From Nannocystales bacterium (lineage in GTDB: Bacteria; Myxococcota_A; Polyangia; Nannocystales; Nannocystaceae): a DNA stretch of 64,000 bases. The stretch covers positions 228,573 to 292,572 of the forward strand of contig JBOEGF010000009.1 in assembly GCA_050633305.1 (NCBI GenBank), read 5' to 3'. The translations under genes and the position numbers were made by a program. Below, piece after piece: positions 29,620 through 41,037 of the stretch. Under the pieces are notes generated by a model. That model was not told the origin of the DNA and did not search any database. It worked only from the letters and a program-made list of their open reading frames with translations. Position 1 is the first letter of the stretch. Each line of letters starts with the position of its first letter.

Positions 29620-30977
29620 TGGTCGAACTGCTCTTCGGTGAGCAACCCGAGCTCCAGCGCGGCTTCCTTGAGCGTCGTGCCGTCGACGTATGCCTTCTTC
29701 GCGATCTTCGCCGCGCTGTCGTAGCCGATGTGTGGGTTGAGAGCGGTCACGAGCATCAGGCTCTTCTTGAGGTTCTCGTCGATGCGCTCGAGGTTGGGCT
29801 CGATGCCCTCGGCGCAGAACCGGCGGAAGTTGTGGCAGGCATCGCCCAGCAACAGGGCGCTGTGCAGGACGTTGTGAATCATCAGCGGCTTGAAGACGTT
29901 GAGCTCGAAGTTGCCGCTCATGCCGCCGATGTTGACGGCGACATCGTTGCCCATGACTTGGGCGCAGACCATGGTCATCGCTTCGCACTGGGTCGGGTTG
30001 ACCTTGCCCGGCATGATCGATGAGCCGGGTTCGTTGGCGGGGATGATGATCTCGCCGATGCCGCAACGGGGGCCCGACGCGAGCCAGCGGACGTCGTTGG
30101 CGATCTTGTTGAGTGCTGCCGCGAGCAGTTTGTAGGTGCCGTGCAGGCGCACCAGAGCGTCGTGGGCCGCGAGCGCCGCGAACTTGTTGGGTGCCGTGAC
30201 GAAGGGCAGGGCGGTCAGCGTCGCGATGTGCTGCGCCGAGGTGACCGCGTAGTCCTTATGGGTGTTGAGCCCCGTGCCCACCGCAGTCCCACCGAGCGCG
30301 AGCTCGTAGACGTCGCCCAGCGCGCCGTCGACCGCCCGCATCGCGTGGTCGAGCTGGTCGACCCATCCCGAGATTTCCTGACCCAAGGTGATGGGCGTCG
30401 CATCTTGCAGGTGCGTACGGCCGGTCTTGGTGATGTCTGCGAAATCCGTCGCCTTTTGGGCCAGCGTGTCGCGCAACGCTTTGACGTGCGGTTGCACGTG
30501 GTGAACCGTTTGCCACGCGGCGGCGATGTGCATCGCGGTGGGGAAGGTGTCGTTGCTGGACTGGCCGCGGTTGACGTGGTCGTTGGGGTGTACGGGGCTC
30601 TTGCTCCCCATCTCGCCGCCGGAGAGTTCGATCGCCCGGTTCGAGATCACCTCGTTGGAGTTCATGTTCGTCTGGGTGCCACTGCCGGTCTGCCACACGC
30701 GCAGCGGAAAGTGCTCATCGAGCTTGCCTTCGATCACCTCGTCGGCGGCCTTGACGATCAGCTCCACCAGGTTCGCTTCGAGCGTGCCCAACTCGCCGTT
30801 GGTCATCGCGGCGGCCTTCTTGAGGATGCCGAGTGCCCGGATCATCGGGCGTGGAAAGGTGTCGTTTCCGATGTCGAAGTGGTGGAGTGAGCGCTCGGTC
30901 TGTGCGCCCCAGTAACGGTCGCTGCGGACCTCGATGGGGCCCATGCTGTCGGTCTCGGTACGGGTCTTGATCGTCAT
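29580..30977 (-). CDS. fumC: Class II fumarate hydratase
   Basis: [47 protein letters not shown]. Confidence 0.98.
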   Translation of the reverse strand: MTIKTRTETDSMGPIEVRSDRYWGAQTERSLHHFDIGNDTFPRPMIRALGILKKAAAMTNGELGTLEANLVELIVKAADEVIEGKLDEHFPLRVWQTGSGTQTNMNSNEVISNRAIELSGGEMGSKSPVHPNDHVNRGQSSNDTFPTAMHIAAAWQTVHHVQPHVKALRDTLAQKATDFADITKTGRTHLQDATPITLGQEISGWVDQLDHAMRAVDGALGDVYELALGGTAVGTGLNTHKDYAVTSAQHIATLTALPFVTAPNKFAALAAHDALVRLHGTYKLLAAALNKIANDVRWLASGPRCGIGEIIIPANEPGSSIMPGKVNPTQCEAMTMVCAQVMGNDVAVNIGGMSGNFELNVFKPLMIHNVLHSALLLGDACHNFRRFCAEGIEPNLERIDENLKKSLMLVTALNPHIGYDSAAKIAKKAYVDGTTLKEAALELGLLTEEQFDQWVVPREMTGPKA

Positions 30978-31052
30978 GGCGGTGCCTTTGGGACGGCCGG
31001 GACGTTAACACGGTCCGCAAGCGGCGTCCGCGGGCTGGTAGAGTCCCGGCGC

Positions 31053-33773
31053 ATGGACGAGGCTCCCCAGCCGCCCCGATCGAAGCTTCGGGCGCGCGCG
31101 GCAAGGGTGGAGATGTTTCTCGAGCAGTTCGGGGTCCGTCTCGTGCTCTCGATAGCGATCATCGCGAGCCTGATTCCGTCCAAGCAGGCGGACGAGTACG
31201 ACCTGTGGTTTCTCGCCCTGTTTGCGACTGAGGTGGGCCTGCGCGTGTTCACGGTTTTCGTCGACCCCCACCGTGCGGAGCCGGTCGACCGCTTGGGCGC
31301 CGCGAACGAAGAGGGCGTGGATGCGCCCTACCAGGGGGCTCGGCGGCGCTGGGCTGCGATCGCTCTGCTGGTCATCGACAGCGTCGCCCTGATCTCGTTC
31401 TTACCCCTGCCCGTGGGCACCGCGGGCGCGCGGTGGCTCCGGGTGTTCCGCCTCACTCGGATGCTGCTGCTGTTCGGCTATTGGGCGCCGCTGGTTCGCG
31501 ACCTGGTGGGCATTCTGTCTCGCCGGGAGCGGGCCCGCCAGTTGGTCCTGATGGGGTTCGTCGTCGGGGTGCTTTCGTTCGCCGGCGCGGTGTTGCTGTA
31601 CTACCTCAGCGACTCCCCGGTCGACGTCAACGGGGACGGCGCGGTGACGGAAGCAGACCACTCGTTCTCGGCGTTGCTGTGGTGGTCCTTCCGCCAGGTA
31701 CAGGACCCCGGCAACATGATGGCCGACCCCAAGGCGCTGCCGGTCGTCTTGATCAGCCTGCTCCTGACGGTGTTCGGCTTGTTCTTGGTGTCGTTCCTGA
31801 TCGGCTTGGGCACCGACGTGGTCCACGAGCTGATCGAGCTGACACGGCTGCGCCCGCCGGGTCTGCGCGGTCACACGGTGGTCGTCAACATTCGTCCCTC
31901 GACCCGCCGCCTGCTCCACGAGTTGATGCGGTACTACCGAAAACTCGTGCCCTCCGAGGCGCCGCTGCTGTCCTCGCAGTGGTTCACGGACCTGCGCCGG
32001 CGTGGGGTGCTGGGCACCCGCTATTTGGTCGTTGGCGATCAAGACGACCCGCCCGACTTCGTCCGACAGCCCGAACTCTCTCGCATCGTCTATCGGCAGC
32101 GGCCCGAGGACGAGGAGGAGTTGATCGTTCGCGCGGACCTGCTGCTCGCCAAACGCATCGTGCTGCTCGCGGACCAGGCCGACGCCAACGCCGACGCCGA
32201 GACGATTCGCACGATGGTGACGTTGGTCGAGCACGTGCGGGAGCGCGAGCGCGCGCATCGAACCATGCAGCGGCAGCGGGTGTTGATCGCCGAGGTACTC
32301 GATGAGAGCAACGTGCCAGCCGCTCAATCCGCGCTCGCGACCGGCTCGTGGAGCTTCCGGGGATTCGTGGTGCCCACCGAGAAGCTGTTGGCGTTGTTCA
32401 TCGCGTCGGTCGTTCGCAGACCAGGACTGGGTGAACTGCTCGAGGAGCTGCTCACCAGCCGAGGTCACGAGATCTACACCTGCTTCTTCGATGCTCGCGG
32501 ACTCAGCTTCTCGATGGAGCAGGCTCCCGACCTCGGCTCGTCCGCTCGCGGGGCTATGGATACGCTGCTGGAGCGCGGGTTGGCGCGGACCAAAGATGGC
32601 GGTCGCGTGATCCCGTTGGGCCTCTTGGTGGAGCGCTCGGGCAGGCCCGGCGAGCGAGACTTCGATGTCACGATCAACCCTCCGGACGACGAGACGCTGC
32701 CGCGAGTCCGGGGGTTCGTCGGCATCGCGGACCGGTTTGCTTCCATCTGGTCGATCGCCTCCGATCTTCCCGAGCGTCCCGGACCCGACGGAGTGCTGGA
32801 GCCTGCGCCTCCGGACTTTTCGTTCCCGACGCTGGCGCGGACACACCGTCGCAAGACCACCCGCATCCTCGTGTGCGGCTTCAGGCCGGGCTCGATCTAC
32901 ATGCTCGAGGAGTTGTTCCGCAGTGATCCCGGTGGAGAGGTGTTGGTGTTGGTGGAGAGCGCGCAAGCCCGGAACGAAGCGTTGGCTGCGCTGGACGCCC
33001 ACAGTGAACTGGTCAAGCGCGGCCTGATGCACGGCCGGCACGGCGTCTTCGAGCGGCAGGTCGATGGCATGATCTCGGTTTCGTTGGACCGGGACAGCTC
33101 CAGTGGTGTCAGCGCGATGCATCTGAGTGTGGCGGATACGATGGCGTCGCGGACCCTGGTCGACCTGCCCGCGGAGTTCGGTCATGTCGCGGACCTCGAC
33201 GCGATCATCTTTGTCGCCTCGGACACCGAAAGCGCCGACAAGCGAACCGCGACCACGCTTCTCAAGCTCGAACAGCTTCTCGACATGCGTGCGCCCGAGC
33301 AGACCCGACGTCCCCGCGTGGTCGCCGAAGTCGTCGATGGACGGCTCGCGACCCGTCTCGAGCAGCGCTATCAGAAACTCGGCATCGACGACGTTCGCGT
33401 GTTCTCCACCCAGGAGTTGCGGGCGTACTTCCTCTTCCAGGCGGTCGTGGTCCCGGGCTTCGACACCGTCTATGCGGAACTGCTTGGATCGTGGGGGCAG
33501 TCGTTCGTGCACCGGCACGTGGTTCCGCAGCCGACGGGTTCCGGTGGCCGCTGTTCCTTTGCGGCGCTGGCGGTGCATCTACGGAATCAGGGGGACGTCC
33601 TCATCGCGGTCGAACTCGCCGGGCCCACAGGCCGCATTTCCCTTTGTGTCGCCCCATGTGGCGAGGCGCAGGGCACCGAGTTTGTGCTGAGCGAGCTCCG
33701 TGGGGTCTGGGTGATCGCGCCCGACCATCAAGACTCGGTCGCGCAGACTCGACCCCTGTCCCCGAGCGCGTGA
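31053..33773 (+). CDS. Putative ion channel: voltage-sensor-like S1-S4, CASTOR/POLLUX-like pore, two RCK-like domains
   Basis: Six hydrophobic segments, S4-like RWLRVFRLTR, pore WWSFRQVQDPGN, RCK starts GHTVVVN and RILVCGF, and IAEV/VAEV motifs. Confidence 0.75.
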   Translation: MDEAPQPPRSKLRARAARVEMFLEQFGVRLVLSIAIIASLIPSKQADEYDLWFLALFATEVGLRVFTVFVDPHRAEPVDRLGAANEEGVDAPYQGARRRWAAIALLVIDSVALISFLPLPVGTAGARWLRVFRLTRMLLLFGYWAPLVRDLVGILSRRERARQLVLMGFVVGVLSFAGAVLLYYLSDSPVDVNGDGAVTEADHSFSALLWWSFRQVQDPGNMMADPKALPVVLISLLLTVFGLFLVSFLIGLGTDVVHELIELTRLRPPGLRGHTVVVNIRPSTRRLLHELMRYYRKLVPSEAPLLSSQWFTDLRRRGVLGTRYLVVGDQDDPPDFVRQPELSRIVYRQRPEDEEELIVRADLLLAKRIVLLADQADANADAETIRTMVTLVEHVRERERAHRTMQRQRVLIAEVLDESNVPAAQSALATGSWSFRGFVVPTEKLLALFIASVVRRPGLGELLEELLTSRGHEIYTCFFDARGLSFSMEQAPDLGSSARGAMDTLLERGLARTKDGGRVIPLGLLVERSGRPGERDFDVTINPPDDETLPRVRGFVGIADRFASIWSIASDLPERPGPDGVLEPAPPDFSFPTLARTHRRKTTRILVCGFRPGSIYMLEELFRSDPGGEVLVLVESAQARNEALAALDAHSELVKRGLMHGRHGVFERQVDGMISVSLDRDSSSGVSAMHLSVADTMASRTLVDLPAEFGHVADLDAIIFVASDTESADKRTATTLLKLEQLLDMRAPEQTRRPRVVAEVVDGRLATRLEQRYQKLGIDDVRVFSTQELRAYFLFQAVVVPGFDTVYAELLGSWGQSFVHRHVVPQPTGSGGRCSFAALAVHLRNQGDVLIAVELAGPTGRISLCVAPCGEAQGTEFVLSELRGVWVIAPDHQDSVAQTRPLSPSA

Positions 33774-33813
33774 TCGCGTTGGCGAAGCGCCGGGCATCTG
33801 CGAGTCTGACGAG

Positions 33814-34968
33814 ATGAGACTTGGACTTCGGGCCGGGCTGCTGCTCGCCGCGGTGAGCACGGTGGCAGGATGCCTCACGACCAACCCCAGCCTTGATGAG
33901 GACGAAAGCACCGGGGCGGAAGGGGGCAGCACGGCGGCGACCGACCCCACAGGCGCGCGGACGGGGACGGCAGGCGATGCGAGCACGACCGGTCCAACAA
34001 CGGGGCTGACCACGGGTGTGCCTGCCACCGAGGGGACGTCCTCGGGAGACTCGACCGCAGCCGAAGAAACGGCGGCTCCGACGTCGGAGTCGGACGGACC
34101 CGATTCATGCGGGGTCGGGAACGTTTGCGTGGACGAGCCGCCAGCAGGATGGTCGGGTCCCGTGGTTTGGGCGGACACGCCTGTCGCGGACGACTCCCCC
34201 GGCTGTGGGGCCGCGTACCCTGAGCTCGCCTTCGAGGCCTTCGACGACCTTCAGGCGGCGCCGGCCGAGTGCGATTGCGAGTGCGGGACGGCGACCGGGG
34301 CGAGTTGTGCCCCGATCGTCTTGGAGCACCACGGGAGCGATAGCAGCTGTCTCACGCCCGAAGACACATTTACGATGACCGGGACCTGCTCGACTGCACC
34401 ATCCGGGGCGTCTGGCGACTACTGGGAGATCCCAGAGCCGGGCGTCACTGGGGGGTCCTGTGCACCTTCAGGCACGACGAATATCCCGAGCGCCAGCTGG
34501 AACTCTGTGTCCACGGTGTGCGGCGGTGCGGATGCGGCTGCGGGTGTTTGTGGCGCTGGCGCATCTTGTCTGCCCGCGCCTCCCGAGGGGTTCGAGGCAC
34601 GGGCGTGCGTTTGGCAGCCGGGGCAACTCGAGTGTCCGGCTGGAGCCTTCTCCGACCGGTTCGTGCGTCACGCCGGGTTCGACGACTCGCGGAACTGTGA
34701 AACGTGCACGTGTGGGAGCGCGCAGGGCGAGTGCGACGGCACCGTCGTCCTGCTCAACTCGTGCGGCGGCGGTGGCGGCAGTGGCAACGTCGCCATCGGA
34801 GGGAGCTGCACGAGTGTTTCTCCAAGCATGAGCGGCGGCCTGTACAACGCCGCGACCCTGTCCGTCAGCAACGTGTCGTGCGAACCATCTGTGGGAACAG
34901 CGATCGGAGAGGCCGAGCCCACCGATGCATACACGCTGTGTTGCATGGCGCTGGAGCCGGTGGATTAG
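33814..34968 (+). CDS. Cys-rich lipoprotein, paralog 1
   Basis: Lipobox VAGC, T/S/G linker, 25 Cys. Confidence 0.85.
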   Translation: MRLGLRAGLLLAAVSTVAGCLTTNPSLDEDESTGAEGGSTAATDPTGARTGTAGDASTTGPTTGLTTGVPATEGTSSGDSTAAEETAAPTSESDGPDSCGVGNVCVDEPPAGWSGPVVWADTPVADDSPGCGAAYPELAFEAFDDLQAAPAECDCECGTATGASCAPIVLEHHGSDSSCLTPEDTFTMTGTCSTAPSGASGDYWEIPEPGVTGGSCAPSGTTNIPSASWNSVSTVCGGADAAAGVCGAGASCLPAPPEGFEARACVWQPGQLECPAGAFSDRFVRHAGFDDSRNCETCTCGSAQGECDGTVVLLNSCGGGGGSGNVAIGGSCTSVSPSMSGGLYNAATLSVSNVSCEPSVGTAIGEAEPTDAYTLCCMALEPVD

Positions 34969-35056
34969 GCCGCGCGCTGGGGCACGGAGCGCACAAGGGC
35001 CGACGCGATCGGACCGCAATTGGCGCAGAGGCCGGTTTCTGCGATCCTATGGGCCT

Positions 35057-36202
35057 ATGAAACTTGGATTGCGGATCGGGCTGCTGGTGACGGCGGCGGG
35101 TGCACTGGCGGGCTGCCTGACGAGCAACCCCAACCTCGAGGAGAGCGAGAGCTCCGACGGCGAGGGAAGCACGGCGTCGACCGAGCCTACGAGCGGGGCC
35201 GTGACCACCGAGCCGACGACGGGTCCGACGACGACCGCCGATCCGACCTCGGACGGGCCGACCACGCTCGACCCCGACACGACCGACACCGAGCCCACGG
35301 ATCCGACGTCGGACACGGATGAAACCTCCGGGCCGGCGTCGTGTGGTGATGGGAACGTTTGCGCGCAGGAGGCTCCGGCAGGTTGGGCCGGGCCGGTGGT
35401 GTGGGCAGAGACGTTGACGACCGACGAGACGCCCGAGTGTCCCGCAGCCTATCCAGATCTTGCGTTCGAGGCGTTTGACGACCTCCAGGCAGCGCCCGCG
35501 GAGTGCGACTGTGAATGTGGGGCCGCGAGCGACGTGAGCTGCGCTTCGATTTCTCTGGAGTATCACGGGACCGACAGCAGCTGCCTGACCTCCGAAGACG
35601 AGTTCCTCGTATCCGCCACCGGGGCGTGCAATGCGGGTCCGAACGTTGGGTCCTCGAGCCGTCGGTGGGAGGCGCCGCAACCGGGTGTGACCGGGGGGGA
35701 TTGCACGCCGTCGGCGACATCGATGGTACCCGTCGCGAGTTGGAGCGCGGCGAGTACGCTGTGCGGTGGGGTGACGCCGAGCGAGGGAAGCTGCGAGCCG
35801 TCTGAGGTCTGCGTAGCTCGTCCGCCGGAGACCTTCGAGGGGAGACTGTGCGTCTGGCAGGCCGGCGCGTTGGAGTGTCCTGATGGCGCGTACGCTGACC
35901 GATTCTTGCGTCACGCATCCATCGACGACGATCGGAACTGCGCCACATGCACGTGCGGAGATCCGGAGGGAGATTGCAACGGCAACGTGATCTTGCGTCC
36001 GTCGAACAACTGTTCCGGTGCAACGGGGTCTGGAAGCGTCCCTCTCGGCGGCGGCTGCGTTTTGTCCGCCGATGACGTCCACTCTGTGGAAGCAGGAGCA
36101 CTGTCGGTCAGCAACGTCTCTTGTGAACCGTCCGTCGGGACCGCGATCGGCGAGGCGGAGCCGGACGATCCGTACACTCTGTGCTGCCTGACCGTCGAGT
36201 AG
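35057..36202 (+). CDS. Cys-rich lipoprotein, paralog 2
   Basis: MKLGLRIGLL..LAGC, T/D/P linker, and the same 25-Cys pattern as paralog 1. Confidence 0.85.
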   Translation: MKLGLRIGLLVTAAGALAGCLTSNPNLEESESSDGEGSTASTEPTSGAVTTEPTTGPTTTADPTSDGPTTLDPDTTDTEPTDPTSDTDETSGPASCGDGNVCAQEAPAGWAGPVVWAETLTTDETPECPAAYPDLAFEAFDDLQAAPAECDCECGAASDVSCASISLEYHGTDSSCLTSEDEFLVSATGACNAGPNVGSSSRRWEAPQPGVTGGDCTPSATSMVPVASWSAASTLCGGVTPSEGSCEPSEVCVARPPETFEGRLCVWQAGALECPDGAYADRFLRHASIDDDRNCATCTCGDPEGDCNGNVILRPSNNCSGATGSGSVPLGGGCVLSADDVHSVEAGALSVSNVSCEPSVGTAIGEAEPDDPYTLCCLTVE

Positions 36203-36286
36203 GCCGGGTCGCACCCGTAACGAGATTCAGCTTCTCCCGTAGTGCAACGGGCGTCGCCTCGATACGATGGCGGGGTCAGCAAGCGC

Positions 36287-36825
36287 ATGGCTCAGGGCGA
36301 AGACAATGATGGTGCGGCGGATGGTTCCCGCCGTGGGTTCTTGACGATCGGGTTCTCGGCGGTAAGCGTTGGGCTTGCGGGGGCGACTCTCGGCCCAGCG
36401 GCTGCGATGTTGGTTCACCCGCTGGGCAATGCGACGACCAGCGGCGCCGACGAGTTCGTGCCGGTGGGTGGTCGGACTGGGTTCGGGGAAGACCCGGTCA
36501 AGGTCGATATCTACGCGGATCGGGTGGATGCCTGGAACCGTGTCGTTCAAGTGAAGGTGGGGTCCGCGTGGGTCTTGGCTCAAGGGGACGAACTCGTGGC
36601 GTTCTCGACGGTATGTCCGCACCTCGGGTGCGGCATCGACTACGTGCCCGAGAAGAAGAAGTTCCTCTGCGCGTGCCACAACTCGTGGTTCACGATCGAG
36701 GGCGGCGTCGAAGAAGGGCCGTCACCGCGGGCGATGGACACGCTGGAAACCCAGGTCGATGAGAGCCTGGTTCAGATCCGCTACCAGCGGTTCAAGCAGG
36801 GCATCGAAGGCAAGGAGCCGATCGT

Positions 36826-36829
<4 letters not shown>
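36287..36829 (+). CDS. qcrA: Rieske 2Fe-2S subunit of a Rieske/cytochrome b complex
   Basis: Tat motif SRRGFL plus TM helix, CPHLGC, CACHNSWF, GPSPR. Confidence 0.93.
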
Positions 36830-39084
<2,255 letters not shown>

Positions 39085-39110
39085 CCGCAGTCGCCGTAGC
39101 GAGAACTCGC

Positions 39111-39141
39111 ACACCCAGGGGGCACCGCGCTCCCTGGGTGT
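39111..39141 (+). terminator. Strong intergenic hairpin (possible terminator or mRNA-stabilising element)
   Basis: ACACCCAGGG ... CCCTGGGTGT 10-bp stem, extendable, with only a weak U-tract. Confidence 0.45.
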
Positions 39142-39182
39142 TCTGCGGTTGCGCTTGGCAACAAATCAGGCAACTTTCGGGC

Positions 39183-40946
39183 GTGTCGAAGTCTCGACCC
39201 CCATCGCGCTGGGCGACCGGCGCCGCCTTGAGTCTGTGCGTGATCGCTGCGGCCGGGGCGACCTGCGGAGGCTCTTCCACGAAGCCTGGCGCGACGGCGG
39301 AGCAGTCCTCAGCAGACGGAACTCAGACCCCGACCCCCCAGGAAGGGCGCGCCGAGTTCCACCTGTTCTCCTTCGCGCGCGTGGCCGGGACGATTGCGCC
39401 GTGCGGCTGCACGACCGAGCCGCTTGGAGGCTTGCAGTACGCGTTCGGCTACATCGAGGCGGAGAGCTCGGAGACCAACCGTCTCGTGCTCGAGCCCGGG
39501 TCGTTCCTGTTCCCGGAGAAGGATGGCCCGTACTGGCCCGAGGACGAGGCCGCATGGGAGCAGGCCCGCGATCGGGCGAAGCTGCTCCACAATCGGTTTA
39601 CCGCCCTCGGTTCCGCGCTCGTCAGCGGCATCGGTCCGACGGACGTGGTGTCCCCTGATGGGGTCGCACCGCTGTCGAGTTTCGGCATGCCCCGCGTCGC
39701 CGCCAACGTCGTTCTCCCAGCGCCGGCCAAGGCCGTTTCACTGCCGCCCCATCGGATCGTCGAACTCACCGACCACGGCGTGACATGGAAGGTTGGCATC
39801 ACCGCGGTCGTCGATCCCGCGCTGCCGGGCGCGGACGCGCTCGGGACCATCGCGGATCCCGTTGCCTCCGCGGCTCGGGTCACCGACGCGATGCGGCAGG
39901 CGGGGGCGCAGTTCACCGTGGTCCTCGCGCAAGGCGATCGGGCATTCGGAGAGTCTCTGGTTCGAGACGGGACGGACCTCGTCATCGTCGCCATTCCCCA
40001 CGGTGCTGAGCGAGAGCGCGTCGGTGCCCCGGCCTCGAAGATCGGCAACACGTACTTGCTCGAGCCGGGCACGCAGTTGCAGACGGTGACCGAGCTGGTC
40101 GTTTCCGTCGACGCCAAGGCTGGCTCCGTGCCCACCGTCAGTGCATGGGACGTGGTGCCGCCGAAGTCGGTCCTCACCGCCGAAATCGCCCGCGTCCAGG
40201 CACGGATCACCAAGTTCAAGTCGGATCCCGACGCGGACGCCGGGTTCATCGCGAACCTCGAGGCCGAGAAGAGTCGGCTGGAGGCGCAGCTCGAAGGGAA
40301 GGCGGAGGGGCCGGCGCAGGGGGTGTTCGAGCAGGTCAAGGTGACCTGCAAGCTCCCCGTCGACGACGTCGCCAAAACCGCGTTGGGCGACTATGACAAG
40401 CGTGTTGCCGCGCAGAACAAGGAACGCTTCACCGGTGTCAAAGCCCCCGCGCCCAAGGACGGCGAGGCGGGGTATGCCGGCATTGAAGCGTGCTCAGACT
40501 GTCATGACGAGGCGGTCGAGTTCTGGGAAAACACCGTACACGCCAGCGCGTACGAAACCCTCGTCGTCGACAACAAGCAGTTCGACCTGAGCTGCGTTGG
40601 CTGCCACGTCACTGGCTTTCGCAAGCCCGGCGGGTCCGAGGTTGTTGAGAATACCGGGCTGGTCGATGTGCAATGCGAGGTGTGCCACGGGCCCGGCTCA
40701 TTGCACGCCGAAGACGGCGGCGACGACATGAGCCTGATCAAGCTCGAAGCCCCTGCCGAGCTGTGCGCGGGCGAGTGCCACACTCAGGAGCACTCCGACA
40801 CCTTCGAGTACGAAGCGTACCTGCGGGACATCCTCGGTCCCGGGCACGGCGAGGCAAAACGAAAACTCCTCGGGGATGGCCCGACGGGACATGACCTGCG
40901 ACAAGCCGGCCTGGCGAAGGCCGGCGGCAAGTGCAAGAAGATGTAG
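39183..40946 (+). CDS. Multiheme (c554-like, 4 hemes) cytochrome c with N-terminal UshA/5'-nucleotidase-like domain
   Basis: Signal/lipobox-like GATC, PCGC..PLGGL, and hemes CSDCH, CVGCH, CEVCH, CAGECH (CX3CH). Start uncertain. Confidence 0.85.
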   Translation: MSKSRPPSRWATGAALSLCVIAAAGATCGGSSTKPGATAEQSSADGTQTPTPQEGRAEFHLFSFARVAGTIAPCGCTTEPLGGLQYAFGYIEAESSETNRLVLEPGSFLFPEKDGPYWPEDEAAWEQARDRAKLLHNRFTALGSALVSGIGPTDVVSPDGVAPLSSFGMPRVAANVVLPAPAKAVSLPPHRIVELTDHGVTWKVGITAVVDPALPGADALGTIADPVASAARVTDAMRQAGAQFTVVLAQGDRAFGESLVRDGTDLVIVAIPHGAERERVGAPASKIGNTYLLEPGTQLQTVTELVVSVDAKAGSVPTVSAWDVVPPKSVLTAEIARVQARITKFKSDPDADAGFIANLEAEKSRLEAQLEGKAEGPAQGVFEQVKVTCKLPVDDVAKTALGDYDKRVAAQNKERFTGVKAPAPKDGEAGYAGIEACSDCHDEAVEFWENTVHASAYETLVVDNKQFDLSCVGCHVTGFRKPGGSEVVENTGLVDVQCEVCHGPGSLHAEDGGDDMSLIKLEAPAELCAGECHTQEHSDTFEYEAYLRDILGPGHGEAKRKLLGDGPTGHDLRQAGLAKAGGKCKKM

Positions 40947-41037
40947 CGAACGGCGGACGTGGCCCCGATCGCGGACATGTGTCCGTGAAGACCAATCGCA
41001 GTTGTTGAGCGATTGCGGCCCATGCGAAGGTTGCGGG

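Noticed and set aside
39402..39410. Possible selenocysteine at the CxC motif of the UshA-like multiheme protein
   Set aside because: Both codons are TGC and there is no in-frame TGA.
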